Assembly: GCA_009782775.1 (NCBI GenBank)
Contig: WRIL01000008.1
Coordinates: 762-64,761 of the forward strand
Origin: Desulfovibrionaceae bacterium
GTDB taxonomy: Bacteria > Desulfobacterota > Desulfovibrionia > Desulfovibrionales > Desulfovibrionaceae
Reading direction: 5' to 3'
DNA: 64,000 nucleotides
A program made the position numbers and the translations under genes. This document shows positions 1 to 9,843 of this stretch, piece by piece. The notes beneath the pieces were generated by a model. That model saw nothing but the letters and a program-made list of their open reading frames with translations, did no database searches and had not been told where the DNA came from. Numbering within the stretch: the stretch's first letter is position 1; each line of letters begins with the position of its first letter.

Positions 1-1098
1 GGCGAGGATCTCGTAGGCTTGATCCGGATCGCCCTCCGCAATGGCCCTGATAAATCCTGGGATGTCCACATCCACAGGGCAACCGCCGCGACAAAGAGGC
101 TTTTTGCATTGCAGACAGCGCCCGGCTTCCTGCCTGGCCTGTTCCGGGCTATACCCCAGAGCGACTTCCCGAAAATTCAGCACCCGTTCCTCTGGCGGCT
201 GACAGGGCATGGGAATCCTGGGGGCAAGGCCTTTTTTCTCCGTGCTTTCCTTGGGAGCCTCCCCCATGCATTCGCAATAGAGGGCATGGGAATGACACTC
301 CTGATCTTTGAAGGTGGCGAGACGCCGGCCGAGTTCGGCGAAATCCACCTCGCTCCCGTCAAATTCCGGACCATCCACACAGGTGAACTTCACCTGCCCG
401 CCAACGGTCGCACGGCAGGCGCCACACATGCCGATGCCGTCCACCATGATGGAATTCAGGCTGACGGTGACCGGCACGCCAAAAGGCGCGACCGCCTTGA
501 CCACGGCCTCCATCATCGGCACCGGTCCAACGGCCACCACTTCCTTGACGCTTTTGTCCACCCGCAGGCGATCCACCAGCAGATCCGTCACTATCCCCCG
601 GCGGCCCAAGCTTCCGTCATCGGTGGAGACCAGCACCTCAGGGCAAAAGGCGCGCAGTTCCTCGTGATAGAGCAAGAGATCCCGGCTGCGGGCACCGATG
701 ACCGCGACCACATGGTTGCCCGCCTCATGGTGTCCTTTGGCGATATGGTGCATGGCGGCGATGCCGGTGCCGCCGCCCGCGCAGATAACCGTGCCTCCCC
801 CCGCCTCAATGCGGGTGGGATTGCCCAGAGGCCCGCAAAGATCCTGCAGGGCGTCGCCCTCCTTCAGGCTTTCAAGAACGGCGGTGGTTTTGCCCAGCAC
901 CAGATAGACAATGGTGATGGTCCCGGCTTCCACATCCTTATCGGCTATGGTCAGCGGAATGCGCTCGCCTTCCGGGCTGGCGCGCAGAATCACAAAGCTG
1001 CCGGGCCTGGCGACCCTGGCGATCTGCGGGGCATGCACCAGTAAGCGGCTGGTGCGTCCTGGAATAAGCGCTTCTTTTTTCACAATGAGCGACGACAT
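1..1098 (-). CDS. Fused PyrK/NfnA-like FAD/[2Fe-2S] reductase + GltD/NfnB-like NADPH oxidoreductase (first 366 codons; 3' end beyond left window edge)
   Basis: Own minus-strand translation from ATG at 1098-1096: MSSLIVKKEALIPGRTSRLLVHAPQIARVARPGSFVILR...GGGTGIAAMHHI...SIMVDGIGMCGACR (PyrK-type Fe-S loop), then ...GRCLQCKKPLCRGGCPVDVDIPGFI (GltD-type Fe-S N-terminus). The frame stays open to position 1, so it is missing from the ORF track. The listed 19..1044(+) ORF is its antisense shadow. Confidence 0.8.
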   Translation of the reverse strand, partial: MSSLIVKKEALIPGRTSRLLVHAPQIARVARPGSFVILRASPEGERIPLTIADKDVEAGTITIVYLVLGKTTAVLESLKEGDALQDLCGPLGNPTRIEAGGGTVICAGGGTGIAAMHHIAKGHHEAGNHVVAVIGARSRDLLLYHEELRAFCPEVLVSTDDGSLGRRGIVTDLLVDRLRVDKSVKEVVAVGPVPMMEAVVKAVAPFGVPVTVSLNSIMVDGIGMCGACRATVGGQVKFTCVDGPEFDGSEVDFAELGRRLATFKDQECHSHALYCECMGEAPKESTEKKGLAPRIPMPCQPPEERVLNFREVALGYSPEQARQEAGRCLQCKKPLCRGGCPVDVDIPGFIRAIAEGDPDQAYEILA

Positions 1099-1222
1099 GC
1101 CATCCCCCCTGAAAAAACGGGTGCCTGCGAACAAAAACAACCGAATCCTGGCAATCTTGTTTATTTTCTACCTTGATTTACAAGGCATTTCAGACTGTAC
1201 CGGATTCGGCTGCTTTGAAATT

Positions 1223-1297
1223 TGGAGCGGGAAACGGGATTCGAACCCGCAACTTTCAGCTTGGGAAGCTGACGCTCTACCGTTGAACTATTCCCGC
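1223..1297 (-). tRNA. tRNA-Gly (anticodon CCC)
   Basis: Minus-strand cloverleaf GCGGGAATAGTTCAACGGTAGAGCGTCAGCTTCCCAAGCTGAAAGTTGCGGGTTCGAATCCCGTTTCCCGCTCCA. It has a 7-bp acceptor stem, TTCGAAT T-loop, anticodon loop TTCCCAA and an encoded CCA. Confidence 0.9.
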
Positions 1298-1676
1298 TTT
1301 TACCATTTATTTCAGCACGTTACTCCATGCTGAATCTAGTCCTTGAGTTCTGCCGTAATTTCTTTTCTGAAGTGGATAACATGATCCATGCCAAGGGCTG
1401 AATCCTTTTTATACCAGCCGGACACCAACGTCAACCGGGACAACCCGCCGAATATGATCTGGAGACGTGACCCTGTTACTTGCAAGTGTGCCGATAAAAA
1501 GTCAGGACGCCCGACAAGCGCCGCCCCTTGCCAAAGACCCTGGTTTGAGGTAATATATTGATAATTATGCCTTTCGTGTTTCTTTCACGAAAACATGCGG
1601 GGCAGGACAAAAAGTCGTCCTCGCGTCGGCGCTGGTCTCGGATCTATTCCCAACATTAATCAGGAGGAAAAAGATT

Positions 1677-2666
1677 ATGAAAAAAACTCGACTTCCGGGC
1701 ATACTGACCGCTGTGCTTTTAATTGTGTTTTGCTCGCCGGTTCTGGCCGCGCAACCCGAGGTCAAACGGGGGGATCATTTCATAACCGTGCTCACCGGTC
1801 CCTCCAGCGGCATCTATTTCCCCATCGGAGGCTCCTTCTCCACCTTTATCGGCACACTGGGATACAAAACCTCGGCCACGGCCACGGGGGCTACCGCCGA
1901 AAACATCAACGCCCTGCTTACCGGCCAGGGAGAAATGGCCATAGCCATGGCTGACGCCGTCATCCAGGCCGTCGAATCCTTCGGCGCCTACGAGGGCAAA
2001 CCGCAGTCAAAAGACCTGCGCGCCATGATGGGCTTGTGGCCCAATGTCTGCCAAATTGTCACCACCGCCGATTCTGGCATCAAAAGTTTTGCCGACCTCA
2101 AGGGCAAGCGTATCGGAGTGGGTGCCCCCAATTCCGGGGTGGAGATCAACGCCCGGATGATGTTCGAGGCCCACGGCATGAGCTACAAGGACTGCCGGGT
2201 GGATTACCTGAATTACGGAGAAGCCATAGACCAGATTAAAAACGGCCTCTGCGACGCGGCCTTTGTGACCTCCGGCCTGGGCAACGCCACCATACGGGAA
2301 CTCGGAACCTCCAAAAAAATCGTCTTTGTGCCGGTCGAAGGTGAGGCCTTGCAGAGGTTGATCGCCAAGTATCCTTTCTATGTGCCCTTTACAATTCCGG
2401 CCACGGTGTACGGCACGGATGCCGATACCAGCACCGCAGCGGTTATGAACATCATGCTGGTGGACATCAAACTGCCGGATGCCGTGGTTTATGATTTGCT
2501 CGACAATATCTATTCCCCCAAGGGCTTGGAGGCGATCCACGCCTCCCATGCCACGGCCAAGGCCAACATAACGCCGGAAACGGCCCTGCGCGGCATACTC
2601 GGCACCTCTGTGCCGTTACATAGCGGGGCGGAGCAGTATTATAAAGATAAAGGTATGATCAAGTAG
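1677..2666 (+). CDS. TAXI-family TRAP transporter solute-binding protein
   Basis: 329-aa ORF with AGGAGG RBS and signal peptide MKKTRLPGILTAVLLIVFCSPVLAA, then TGPSSGIYFPIGG, typical of TAXI receptors. DUF1850-position and fused TRAP permease genes follow. Confidence 0.85.
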   Translation: MKKTRLPGILTAVLLIVFCSPVLAAQPEVKRGDHFITVLTGPSSGIYFPIGGSFSTFIGTLGYKTSATATGATAENINALLTGQGEMAIAMADAVIQAVESFGAYEGKPQSKDLRAMMGLWPNVCQIVTTADSGIKSFADLKGKRIGVGAPNSGVEINARMMFEAHGMSYKDCRVDYLNYGEAIDQIKNGLCDAAFVTSGLGNATIRELGTSKKIVFVPVEGEALQRLIAKYPFYVPFTIPATVYGTDADTSTAAVMNIMLVDIKLPDAVVYDLLDNIYSPKGLEAIHASHATAKANITPETALRGILGTSVPLHSGAEQYYKDKGMIK

Positions 2667-2680
2667 TTCAGGCCCAGCCG

Positions 2681-3229
2681 ATGTCTTTTATGATGACCCG
2701 TAGATCGCCGGGGAAAAAATTTTCCCCGGCGGGTTTTCTGATATTTGCCTTTGGCGCGGCCGCTTCCGCTTGCGCCGTTCTTTTTGAACCGCTCGCGCCT
2801 TCAGAAACCGCTGCCGAGATCATGATGTTGCGCATCTATGATCGAAAAAAAGAAATCCTGTATGCCGAAGCCCCAGCCAAGGTGAACAGCCGCCTCTTTT
2901 TCGGCTGGATCCATTCTCTGGAAAAAATACCCTGGAACGAGTATTACCACTTGGATGAAAAGGGCAATCTGGTGCTGGACGCCATAGATTTTCCGGCTTT
3001 CGGGGCCGGCATCCCGGCGGATGCCGGTCGTGTCTGCTATGTACGCGACGGTTTGATCCACATGGAGGAAATCGGCCAAGTATTCACGGAGTTGGTTTGG
3101 CTCAATTCGCATACGGCCACCAGGGAGATCATGCTGGACGGCAGGATGGTCACGCGAGGGGCCGATTTGCCGCACCACACGGAGATATGGCTGCGTATTG
3201 AAAAAGGAGAAAGACATGGGACGCCCTGA
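2681..3229 (+). CDS. DUF1850-like small membrane-anchored protein of TAXI-TRAP loci
   Basis: 182-aa ORF with one N-terminal hydrophobic segment, sandwiched between the TAXI receptor and the fused permease, with a 32-nt overlap with the permease. Assignment is mainly from conserved position and size. Confidence 0.65.
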   Translation: MSFMMTRRSPGKKFSPAGFLIFAFGAAASACAVLFEPLAPSETAAEIMMLRIYDRKKEILYAEAPAKVNSRLFFGWIHSLEKIPWNEYYHLDEKGNLVLDAIDFPAFGAGIPADAGRVCYVRDGLIHMEEIGQVFTELVWLNSHTATREIMLDGRMVTRGADLPHHTEIWLRIEKGERHGTP

Positions 3230-5255
3230 AGATGCCGGCTCCCTCCTTTTGAAAGGCGCGCTTCCGGGCGCGGAACCGGAAGTGTCGGATGAGGCCATTG
3301 CCGACGCCATGAAGGGCGTGCTCAGCGAAGAGCAGCAGAAACTCCTGGAAAACCTGGACAAAGAGTCACACACCCGCAAGCTGGTTTCGCCGATCATTGA
3401 AAGAGTCTTTTATCTGCTCTGCATCGTGGTCAGCCTGTACCATTTCATCACCGCCTTTGTCGGCACCCCGGTCGTGCTCGAGCATCGTTCGCTACATGTC
3501 GGAATGATGCTGACCTTGGGCTTCATCATGTACCCTTTCGGCAAGAAAAGCGGCTATAAGGCCCTGGGCTGGTTTGACTGGCTGTTCATCGCCCTAGCTA
3601 TGGCCGTTCCGATCTATATCTGGACCGATTATCTGGGAGTGGTGGAACGGGCCGGCAATCCGGGGCTTTTCGACTTGATCGCGGCTACCGTCCTGGTCGC
3701 GCTGGTGCTGGAAAGTTCGCGGCGCACGGCTGGCTGGGCCCTGACCATCCTGTGCCTCGCTTTCATCGCCTATGGACTGTTCGGGCGTGGTCTGCCCGGC
3801 ATGTTCGGACACCGGGGTTACACCTGGATGCAGCTCTCCAACCATCTCTTCGCCAATACCGAGGGGATCTACGGCACTTCCGTAAGTGTGGCGGCCAGCT
3901 ATATTTTTCTGTTCATCCTGTTCGGCGCGGTCATGGGAAAATCCGGCATGGGCGCTTTCTTCAACGACCTAGCCATGGCTCTGGCCGGGCACAGCAAGGG
4001 TGGCCCGGCCAAGGTGGCGGTCATAGCCTCCGGCCTGCTCGGCTCCATCAACGGTTCGGCCGTGGCCAACGTGGTCACCACCGGCGCTTTCACCATACCC
4101 TTGATGAAAAAAGTCGGCTACTCCAAAAACTTTGCCGGGGCGGTGGAGGCTTCGGCTTCGGTTGGCGGGCAATTGCTCCCGCCGATCATGGGGGCGGCCG
4201 CTTTCATCATGGCCGAAATATTGAGCATGCCCTATTCGGTTATCATCGTACACGCAGCGGTGCCGGCCATGTTGTACTACATGGGCATCATCATCCAGGT
4301 ACACCTGCGGGCCGGCAAACTAGGCCTAGTCGGCCTGCCGAAAAATCGTCTGCCTCTTGTCAAGGAGGTCATGAGACAAAGGGGACACCTGCTCATCCCC
4401 ATCGGCGTCCTGCTCTACCTGCTGCTTTTTTCCGGCACTACGGTCATTTATGCCGCAGTCATCACTATTGTGGCGACTATTGTCACGGCCAGCCTCAAAA
4501 AGTCAACACGCATGAACTTCAGGACCATTTGCGACGCCTTCGCCGAAGGTGCCAAACAGACGGCGTCAGTCGCCATCGCCTGCGCCTGCGTGGGCGTCAT
4601 TATAGGCGTAACCTCCAAGACCGGCTTCGGGCTGACCATGGCCAACGCCATCATCTCCCTGGGTAGCCACAGCCTGCTGTTCACCCTGCTGTTCACCATG
4701 GTCACCTGCATGATCCTGGGCATGGGGGTGCCGTCAATTCCCGCCTACATCATCACGGGCACCATCGCCGCACCAGCCTTGGCCAAGCTGGGCATTCCGC
4801 TCCTTTCAGCGCACCTGTTCGTCTTTTATTACGCCATGTTCGCCAACCTGACCCCGCCGGTGGCCCTGGCGGCGTTCGCGGCTGCGGGGCTGTCCGGAGG
4901 CGAGCCGGTCAAGACGGGCTTCTCCGCCGTCAAGCTGGCCCTAGCGGGCTTTATTGTGCCCTACATGTTTGTGTATTCGCCGCAACTGTTGCTGATCAAC
5001 ACCACCTTCCTGGAGGGGGTGCGGGTAACAGCCGGGGCATGTCTGGGGGTGTTTCTCATAGGCATAGCCGTTGAAGGTTACCTGTTTGCCGGAATACACG
5101 CCCTGTTGCGTATTATCGCATTTATCGCCGCCCTGTGCCTAATTGACATCGGAATTTACACGGACCTTTTCGGGTTGGCCGTGCTGACCCTGCTTTTCCT
5201 GGTTCAGCGACATCTTGCCGGACAAAATCCGCGGTCCGCGGTCTCCGGCCCATAG
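3198..5255 (+). CDS. TRAP transporter fused (DctQ/DctM-like) permease
   Basis: 685-aa polytopic membrane ORF with DctM-like stretch GSINGSAVANVVTTGAFTIPLMKK. Operon context with the TAXI receptor. Confidence 0.85.
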   Translation: MKKEKDMGRPEDAGSLLLKGALPGAEPEVSDEAIADAMKGVLSEEQQKLLENLDKESHTRKLVSPIIERVFYLLCIVVSLYHFITAFVGTPVVLEHRSLHVGMMLTLGFIMYPFGKKSGYKALGWFDWLFIALAMAVPIYIWTDYLGVVERAGNPGLFDLIAATVLVALVLESSRRTAGWALTILCLAFIAYGLFGRGLPGMFGHRGYTWMQLSNHLFANTEGIYGTSVSVAASYIFLFILFGAVMGKSGMGAFFNDLAMALAGHSKGGPAKVAVIASGLLGSINGSAVANVVTTGAFTIPLMKKVGYSKNFAGAVEASASVGGQLLPPIMGAAAFIMAEILSMPYSVIIVHAAVPAMLYYMGIIIQVHLRAGKLGLVGLPKNRLPLVKEVMRQRGHLLIPIGVLLYLLLFSGTTVIYAAVITIVATIVTASLKKSTRMNFRTICDAFAEGAKQTASVAIACACVGVIIGVTSKTGFGLTMANAIISLGSHSLLFTLLFTMVTCMILGMGVPSIPAYIITGTIAAPALAKLGIPLLSAHLFVFYYAMFANLTPPVALAAFAAAGLSGGEPVKTGFSAVKLALAGFIVPYMFVYSPQLLLINTTFLEGVRVTAGACLGVFLIGIAVEGYLFAGIHALLRIIAFIAALCLIDIGIYTDLFGLAVLTLLFLVQRHLAGQNPRSAVSGP

Positions 5256-5270
5256 CTGTCGTCCAAGCGC

Positions 5271-6254
5271 CTATGGGGCAGCCTTCCAGCGCCCACCTTT
5301 CAAATAGCCGTTGGCGAAATCCATGGCTGACAAGCTCCGGCCACCGGCCGGTTTCATCCGCTCCAGGCCGTAGAGCCCGTCCTGGCAGACCACCGGCAAC
5401 ACATCCTCCCGCAAGGGCAAAAGTTCCCCGAGCTGGAAGGCGGCCGCCGCCTTTTTGTCCGCCTCGTTCTCCAGGGGACGGCCTTTTTGCACCAGCAAAG
5501 AAATCCCTTCGCGGGCGCCCTCGCCCCTTTCCGCTAAATCCAAGCGTACCTGCGCCCCGGGCCAGGGAGTGACCCCACGGACATGGTTATGCAACTCTCT
5601 GGCGCTCCTGGTAAAATCCAGCCAGCCGTCGGCCTTGTTCAACCTAGAGGCATAGGTGGCCCTGGATTCATCCTGAGGGATTTCACGCAAACGCCCCTCC
5701 GCCAGCCTTTCCAGGGTCTCGACCAGCAAGCGGCCGCCCAGAAGCGCCAGTTCATCGTGCACTTCCCCGGCATCCTGTTCAAAACCTATGCCCATGGCGC
5801 GCTGGAGTAGGATGGGGCCGCTGTCCAGCCGGCGCTCCATACGCATGATGCTCACTCCGGTACGCAACGCTCCGGCCATGATCGCCCGTTGGATAGGGGC
5901 TGCGCCGCGCAGCTCCGGCAGGAGCGAGGCATGCACATTCAAGGCCCCCAGAGGAGGCAGGTCCAGCACCGCCTGGGGCAGGATCAGCCCATAGGCCGCC
6001 ACCGCGAATAGATCCGCCCCCAGGGCGGCCAGTTCTTCCACGGTTTCCCCGTCCCCGAAATTCCCCGGCTGGCGCACCGGCAGACCACGCTCAAGGGCCA
6101 GACGCTTCACCGGGCCCGGCGACACTAGGGCACCACGTCCCGCCGGGCGATCCGGCTGGCAGTAAACCGCCAGGATTTCCGCCCCTGGAAAGACCAACAA
6201 GGCCTCCAGGGAGGCCGCGGCAAATTCCGGCGTGCCCATGAAGGCCAGCTTCAC
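5271..6254 (-). CDS. fmt: Methionyl-tRNA formyltransferase
   Basis: MKLAFMGTPEFAAASLEAL N-terminus and HASLLPELRGAAPIQRAI motif. 4-nt overlap with upstream def. Confidence 0.9.
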   Translation of the reverse strand: MKLAFMGTPEFAAASLEALLVFPGAEILAVYCQPDRPAGRGALVSPGPVKRLALERGLPVRQPGNFGDGETVEELAALGADLFAVAAYGLILPQAVLDLPPLGALNVHASLLPELRGAAPIQRAIMAGALRTGVSIMRMERRLDSGPILLQRAMGIGFEQDAGEVHDELALLGGRLLVETLERLAEGRLREIPQDESRATYASRLNKADGWLDFTRSARELHNHVRGVTPWPGAQVRLDLAERGEGAREGISLLVQKGRPLENEADKKAAAAFQLGELLPLREDVLPVVCQDGLYGLERMKPAGGRSLSAMDFANGYLKGGRWKAAP

Positions 6255-6766
6255 GGCCTCTCCGTCATCAGCAGGGCCTTTTTACGCTTTACGGTATAAA
6301 GATTGCGTTTCAGGCGGCTGAGATGATCCAGGAAAAGCCGCCCTTCCAGATGATCGCATTCGTGTTGCAGGCAGATGGACCGCACTCCGTCAGCCTCTTC
6401 CGTAAAAGGACGCCCTTCCAGGTCCAGCGCCCGCACCCGCACCCTGGAGGCGCGTTCCACCGACGCGCGCAAATCCGGCACCGAAAGACAGCCTTCCTCT
6501 GATTCCTGCTTCTCTTCTCCCAGGAATTCCAGTTCCGGGTTAATATATACCTTGGCCCCCTCTCTCTTGGAGGGACCGCTGAAATCCGTCACCACCAGGC
6601 GCAGGAGCCGGTCCACCTGGGGGGCGGCCAGACCGATGCCTTCCTCGGCGTACATGGTTTCCACCATATCCCCGGCCAGGACGCGGATCTCCTCGGTAAT
6701 CTCCGTAATGGGCTCCCCTTTGCGGCGCAAACGCTCATCCGGATATCGCAATATTTCCAATTTCAT
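6251..6766 (-). CDS. def: Peptide deformylase
   Basis: GIGLAAPQV, EGCLSVP and HECDHLEG motifs, the three canonical PDF motifs. 171 aa. Confidence 0.93.
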   Translation of the reverse strand: MKLEILRYPDERLRRKGEPITEITEEIRVLAGDMVETMYAEEGIGLAAPQVDRLLRLVVTDFSGPSKREGAKVYINPELEFLGEEKQESEEGCLSVPDLRASVERASRVRVRALDLEGRPFTEEADGVRSICLQHECDHLEGRLFLDHLSRLKRNLYTVKRKKALLMTERP

Positions 6767-6994
6767 CCATGCTTTCCTGTTTTATCCAGTTTCGCCAAAG
6801 AGTTACCACCTATGACCCGGCAAGGCAAGAGGCGGAAAGCGATGCCGCTATACGGCCCCCCAGAATCATGCTAAAGAAACCCCATGTCCGTTTTAACAGT
6901 CGTCTTTCTTGTTATTCTAATATGTTACATGAACTTTGCCCTGATCTGCAACGTGATATACTGGTATGAAAGCATAAACTCGCCGGAGGCGGCC

Positions 6995-7720
6995 ATGAAC
7001 CAGCCCAAGCCAGGCCTCCGGGTCTGTCTGGCCTGCTATGCAGAGAGTCTGGCCAGCCTCTTCATATGCGCCCTGATCTTTCCCCTGGCCCCCCTGACCC
7101 GCCGGTCGGCCACCTCCGCGCCCGGCGTAAAACCTCCATTAATTCTCATCCACGGCCTTTACAACCATTCCGCCGTCTGGATCTATATGGGCCGGCGCTT
7201 CCACCAGGAGGGTTTCGCCTGTTCCACCTTTTCCTACCACAGTTTTTTCACCTCCACCCAGGACATCCTGCAAAGACTGGAAAAGCATGTGCGAGCGGTG
7301 GAAACGTCCTTTCCAGGGCAAAAACCCATCTTCGTCTGCCACAGCCTGGGCGGTCTCCTGTTCCGCCACTGGTTGCTCCAGGGAGAAAACCACACACGCC
7401 CCGGTGGGGCGCTGACCATGGGTACCCCGCACCAGGGCAGCAAAACGGCCGCCCTGGCCCCCGGAGCCTTGGCCAAAAACCTCCTGCCCGCTTCCGGCTT
7501 CCTCCGTTCCCTGCAAAACGCCCCCAAAACGAATCCTCCATGCGTCTCCCTGGTCAGCTCCACCGACGAGGCCGTGCTCCCGGCCTCCAGCCTCCTCCCC
7601 CCGAAAGGCTGGCGTCTGCGCTTCGCCCCCGGCGGGCACTTCAGCATGCTCTTCCGTCCGTCCGTCGCCGACCTGGTCATTAGCGAACTGCGGAAAATGG
7701 CAGCCACCGGTTGCCATTAA
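6995..7720 (+). CDS. Alpha/beta-fold hydrolase (lipase/esterase-like)
   Basis: LILIHGL oxyanion-type stretch and nucleophile elbow CHSLGG. The track ORF starts at 6884, but its first 37 codons are AT-rich and lack an RBS. ATG at 6995 (MNQPKPGL) follows GGAGG. Confidence 0.6.
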   Translation: MNQPKPGLRVCLACYAESLASLFICALIFPLAPLTRRSATSAPGVKPPLILIHGLYNHSAVWIYMGRRFHQEGFACSTFSYHSFFTSTQDILQRLEKHVRAVETSFPGQKPIFVCHSLGGLLFRHWLLQGENHTRPGGALTMGTPHQGSKTAALAPGALAKNLLPASGFLRSLQNAPKTNPPCVSLVSSTDEAVLPASSLLPPKGWRLRFAPGGHFSMLFRPSVADLVISELRKMAATGCH

Positions 7721-7745
7721 CGGAATTTAGGATATACGAAAAAAC

Positions 7746-9158
7746 ATGCGGCTGCTCAAATCCACCATACCGGCCATGATGCTCGCCGACCTCTGCGCCT
7801 TGTTCCTAGCCTTCATCCTGGCTTACCTGACACGCAGCAGCCTGGACGCCTTCGCCGTTAATCGCAGCTATCTCGGCCTCGCGCCGCTGATTCTCTGCTT
7901 CATCCCGCTTTATGCCGCTTTCGGCCTTTACCCCGGTCTGCTCCTGGCCGGGCCGGAACACTTGAAACGCCTGAGCATCGCCAGCAGCGTAGGCATGCTC
8001 TTTTTCGGGACCGTGCTCTTTGTCGGCCAAGTCGGGTATGCCTATTCACGTTTCGTGGTGCTCTTCTTCTGGCTGCTGGCCCTCTTCGCCGTACCTCTGG
8101 CCCGTTTCTACTCCAAAAAAATATACAGCCGCTTCGCCTGGTGGGGATATCCGGTCATCCTGATCGGCAAGAGCAGGCTTACCGCGCTAATCGCCGGACA
8201 ACTGCGCGGCGCCCCGGAACTCGGACACAGGACGGTGGCGGTCTTCAACCTGGACGAAGAAACCCTCCCGGTATCCGGCATAAATACGGAACTTCTGCCG
8301 GACGACCCGGAAACGGCCAAAGAGCGACTAGGCGCGGCCGGGTGTGGAGCGCCCCAAATCACGGCCGTGTTGGTCATGGAGGGACTCTCCCCGGAACAGC
8401 AGCAAAAAATCTATCCCTTGGCCGAGGCGCGCTTCCGACGCCTGATCATCATCCCGGACGCCTCCATGAACATCAGGCTTTCCGTAAACCTCTCCATGTT
8501 TTGCTCACGCCTTTCCTTAAGTCTGCGCCAAAACCTGCTAGACCCATGCCGTCTGCAACTCAAATATGCCATGGATCTGGGACTAGCCGTCCTGATGGCC
8601 GCGCCGCTGCTGCCCTTTTTTTTGCTGATCAGCCTGGCCATAGCCCTGGACAGCCGGGGGCCTGTTTTTTACCGGCAGGAACGCCTCGGCCAAGGCGGAC
8701 GCAAAATAAGGATCTGGAAATTCCGCACCATGTATAAAAACGCGGACCAGATCCTGGACGTCTGCCTGACCGGAAATCCCACGCTGCACGAAGAATGGCG
8801 CCAAAACCACAAATTGAGAAGCGACCCACGGATTACCAGGGTGGGCAAGTATTTGCGTAAAGCCAGCCTGGATGAGTTGCCGCAACTTTTTAACATTTTC
8901 CAGGGCGACATGAGCCTGGTGGGCCCCCGCCCCATAGTGGAGGAAGAGGTGAAAAAATACGGCGCGGCTTTTGAATTGTATAAAAAAGTCAAGCCGGGCA
9001 TCAGCGGTCTCTGGCAGGTTTCCGGCCGTAACAACACAAGCTATGCCGCCAGAGTAGCCCTGGACGAAGCCTACATCGCCAACTGGTCGGTCTGGCTGGA
9101 TATTTACATCCTGGTGCGCACCCTGCCGGCCGCCCTGACCGCCGAAGGGGCGTACTAA
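7746..9158 (+). CDS. Polyprenyl-phosphate hexose-1-phosphate transferase (WbaP / bacterial sugar transferase family)
   Basis: N-terminal TM helices plus C-terminal PRITRVGKYLRKASLDELPQLFNIFQGDMSLVGPRP signature of the bacterial sugar transferase domain. Confidence 0.85.
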   Translation: MRLLKSTIPAMMLADLCALFLAFILAYLTRSSLDAFAVNRSYLGLAPLILCFIPLYAAFGLYPGLLLAGPEHLKRLSIASSVGMLFFGTVLFVGQVGYAYSRFVVLFFWLLALFAVPLARFYSKKIYSRFAWWGYPVILIGKSRLTALIAGQLRGAPELGHRTVAVFNLDEETLPVSGINTELLPDDPETAKERLGAAGCGAPQITAVLVMEGLSPEQQQKIYPLAEARFRRLIIIPDASMNIRLSVNLSMFCSRLSLSLRQNLLDPCRLQLKYAMDLGLAVLMAAPLLPFFLLISLAIALDSRGPVFYRQERLGQGGRKIRIWKFRTMYKNADQILDVCLTGNPTLHEEWRQNHKLRSDPRITRVGKYLRKASLDELPQLFNIFQGDMSLVGPRPIVEEEVKKYGAAFELYKKVKPGISGLWQVSGRNNTSYAARVALDEAYIANWSVWLDIYILVRTLPAALTAEGAY

Positions 9159-9238
9159 AAGTTCCGCCGCGAAACGCTTCCGTAAAATATTTTTTTCTTG
9201 CCTTTTTCACCCCGCGCGGATAATAGCGTGTGTCTCTG

Positions 9239-9314
9239 GCTGGTGTAGCTCAACTGGCAGAGCAGCTGATTTGTAATCAGCAGGTTGCGGGTTCGACTCC
9301 CATCACCAGCTCCA
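9239..9314 (+). tRNA. tRNA-Thr (anticodon TGT)
   Basis: GCTGGTGTAGCTCAACTGGCAGAGCAGCTGATTTGTAATCAGCAGGTTGCGGGTTCGACTCCCATCACCAGCTCCA. Anticodon loop TTTGTAA. Confidence 0.93.
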
Positions 9315-9403
9315 GGTCAGAGCAACGGACGCGGAATTGAACGGCTTTGGCTTATGCCATGAACGTCTCTTCGGCGAAAAAATGCTCAGGCCACGCAGCC
9401 CAC

Positions 9404-9489
9404 GGTGGGGTGCCCGAGCGGCTAAAGGGAGCAGACTGTAAATCTGCCGTCAGTTGACTACGGTGGTTCGAATCCATCCCCCACCACCA
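9404..9489 (+). tRNA. tRNA-Tyr (anticodon GTA)
   Basis: GGTGGGGTGCCCGAGCGGCTAAAGGGAGCAGACTGTAAATCTGC... with a long variable arm and ...GGTTCGAATCCATCCCCCACCACCA. Confidence 0.93.
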
Positions 9490-9599
9490 GCTTCCGCCAA
9501 GCACGGCCACGGCGGAAGAAGGGCGGAAAATTTACCTGGCCGTCAAAAGGCAAAGGGCTGTAGGAGACAGTGCGCCTGTCGGAGAACTACGGCGAATGC

Positions 9600-9675
9600 G
9601 CGGGAATAGCTCAACGGCTAGAGCATCAGCCTTCCAAGCTGAGGGTTGCGAGTTCGAATCTCGTTTCCCGCTCCA
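9600..9675 (+). tRNA. tRNA-Gly (anticodon TCC)
   Basis: GCGGGAATAGCTCAACGGCTAGAGCATCAGCCTTCCAAGCTGAGGGTTGCGAGTTCGAATCTCGTTTCCCGCTCCA. Anticodon loop CTTCCAA. Confidence 0.93.
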
Positions 9676-9718
9676 TTCCAAGCATCCGTGTTCCTCTTTC
9701 CGCGCGCTCATAAACAAA

Positions 9719-9794
<76 letters not shown>

Positions 9795-9843
9795 GGCATA
9801 CAGGATCAATTTAACTTCAGAAAAACAAGGCAGGGAATTGATT

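Noticed and set aside
19-1044. 341-aa plus-strand ORF at the left edge
   Set aside because: It lies antisense to a convincing minus-strand NfnA/GltD-like frame that stays open to position 1. Its composition is rich in His, Gly, Ala and Arg with no motifs, which is the typical GC-bias shadow ORF.
9198-9224. Promoter-like TTGCCT ... GATAAT with an upstream A/T tract in front of the tRNA-tuf operon
   Set aside because: The spacer is only 15 nt for the best -10 hexamer. It is plausible as a strong stable-RNA promoter but too ambiguous to annotate without TSS data.
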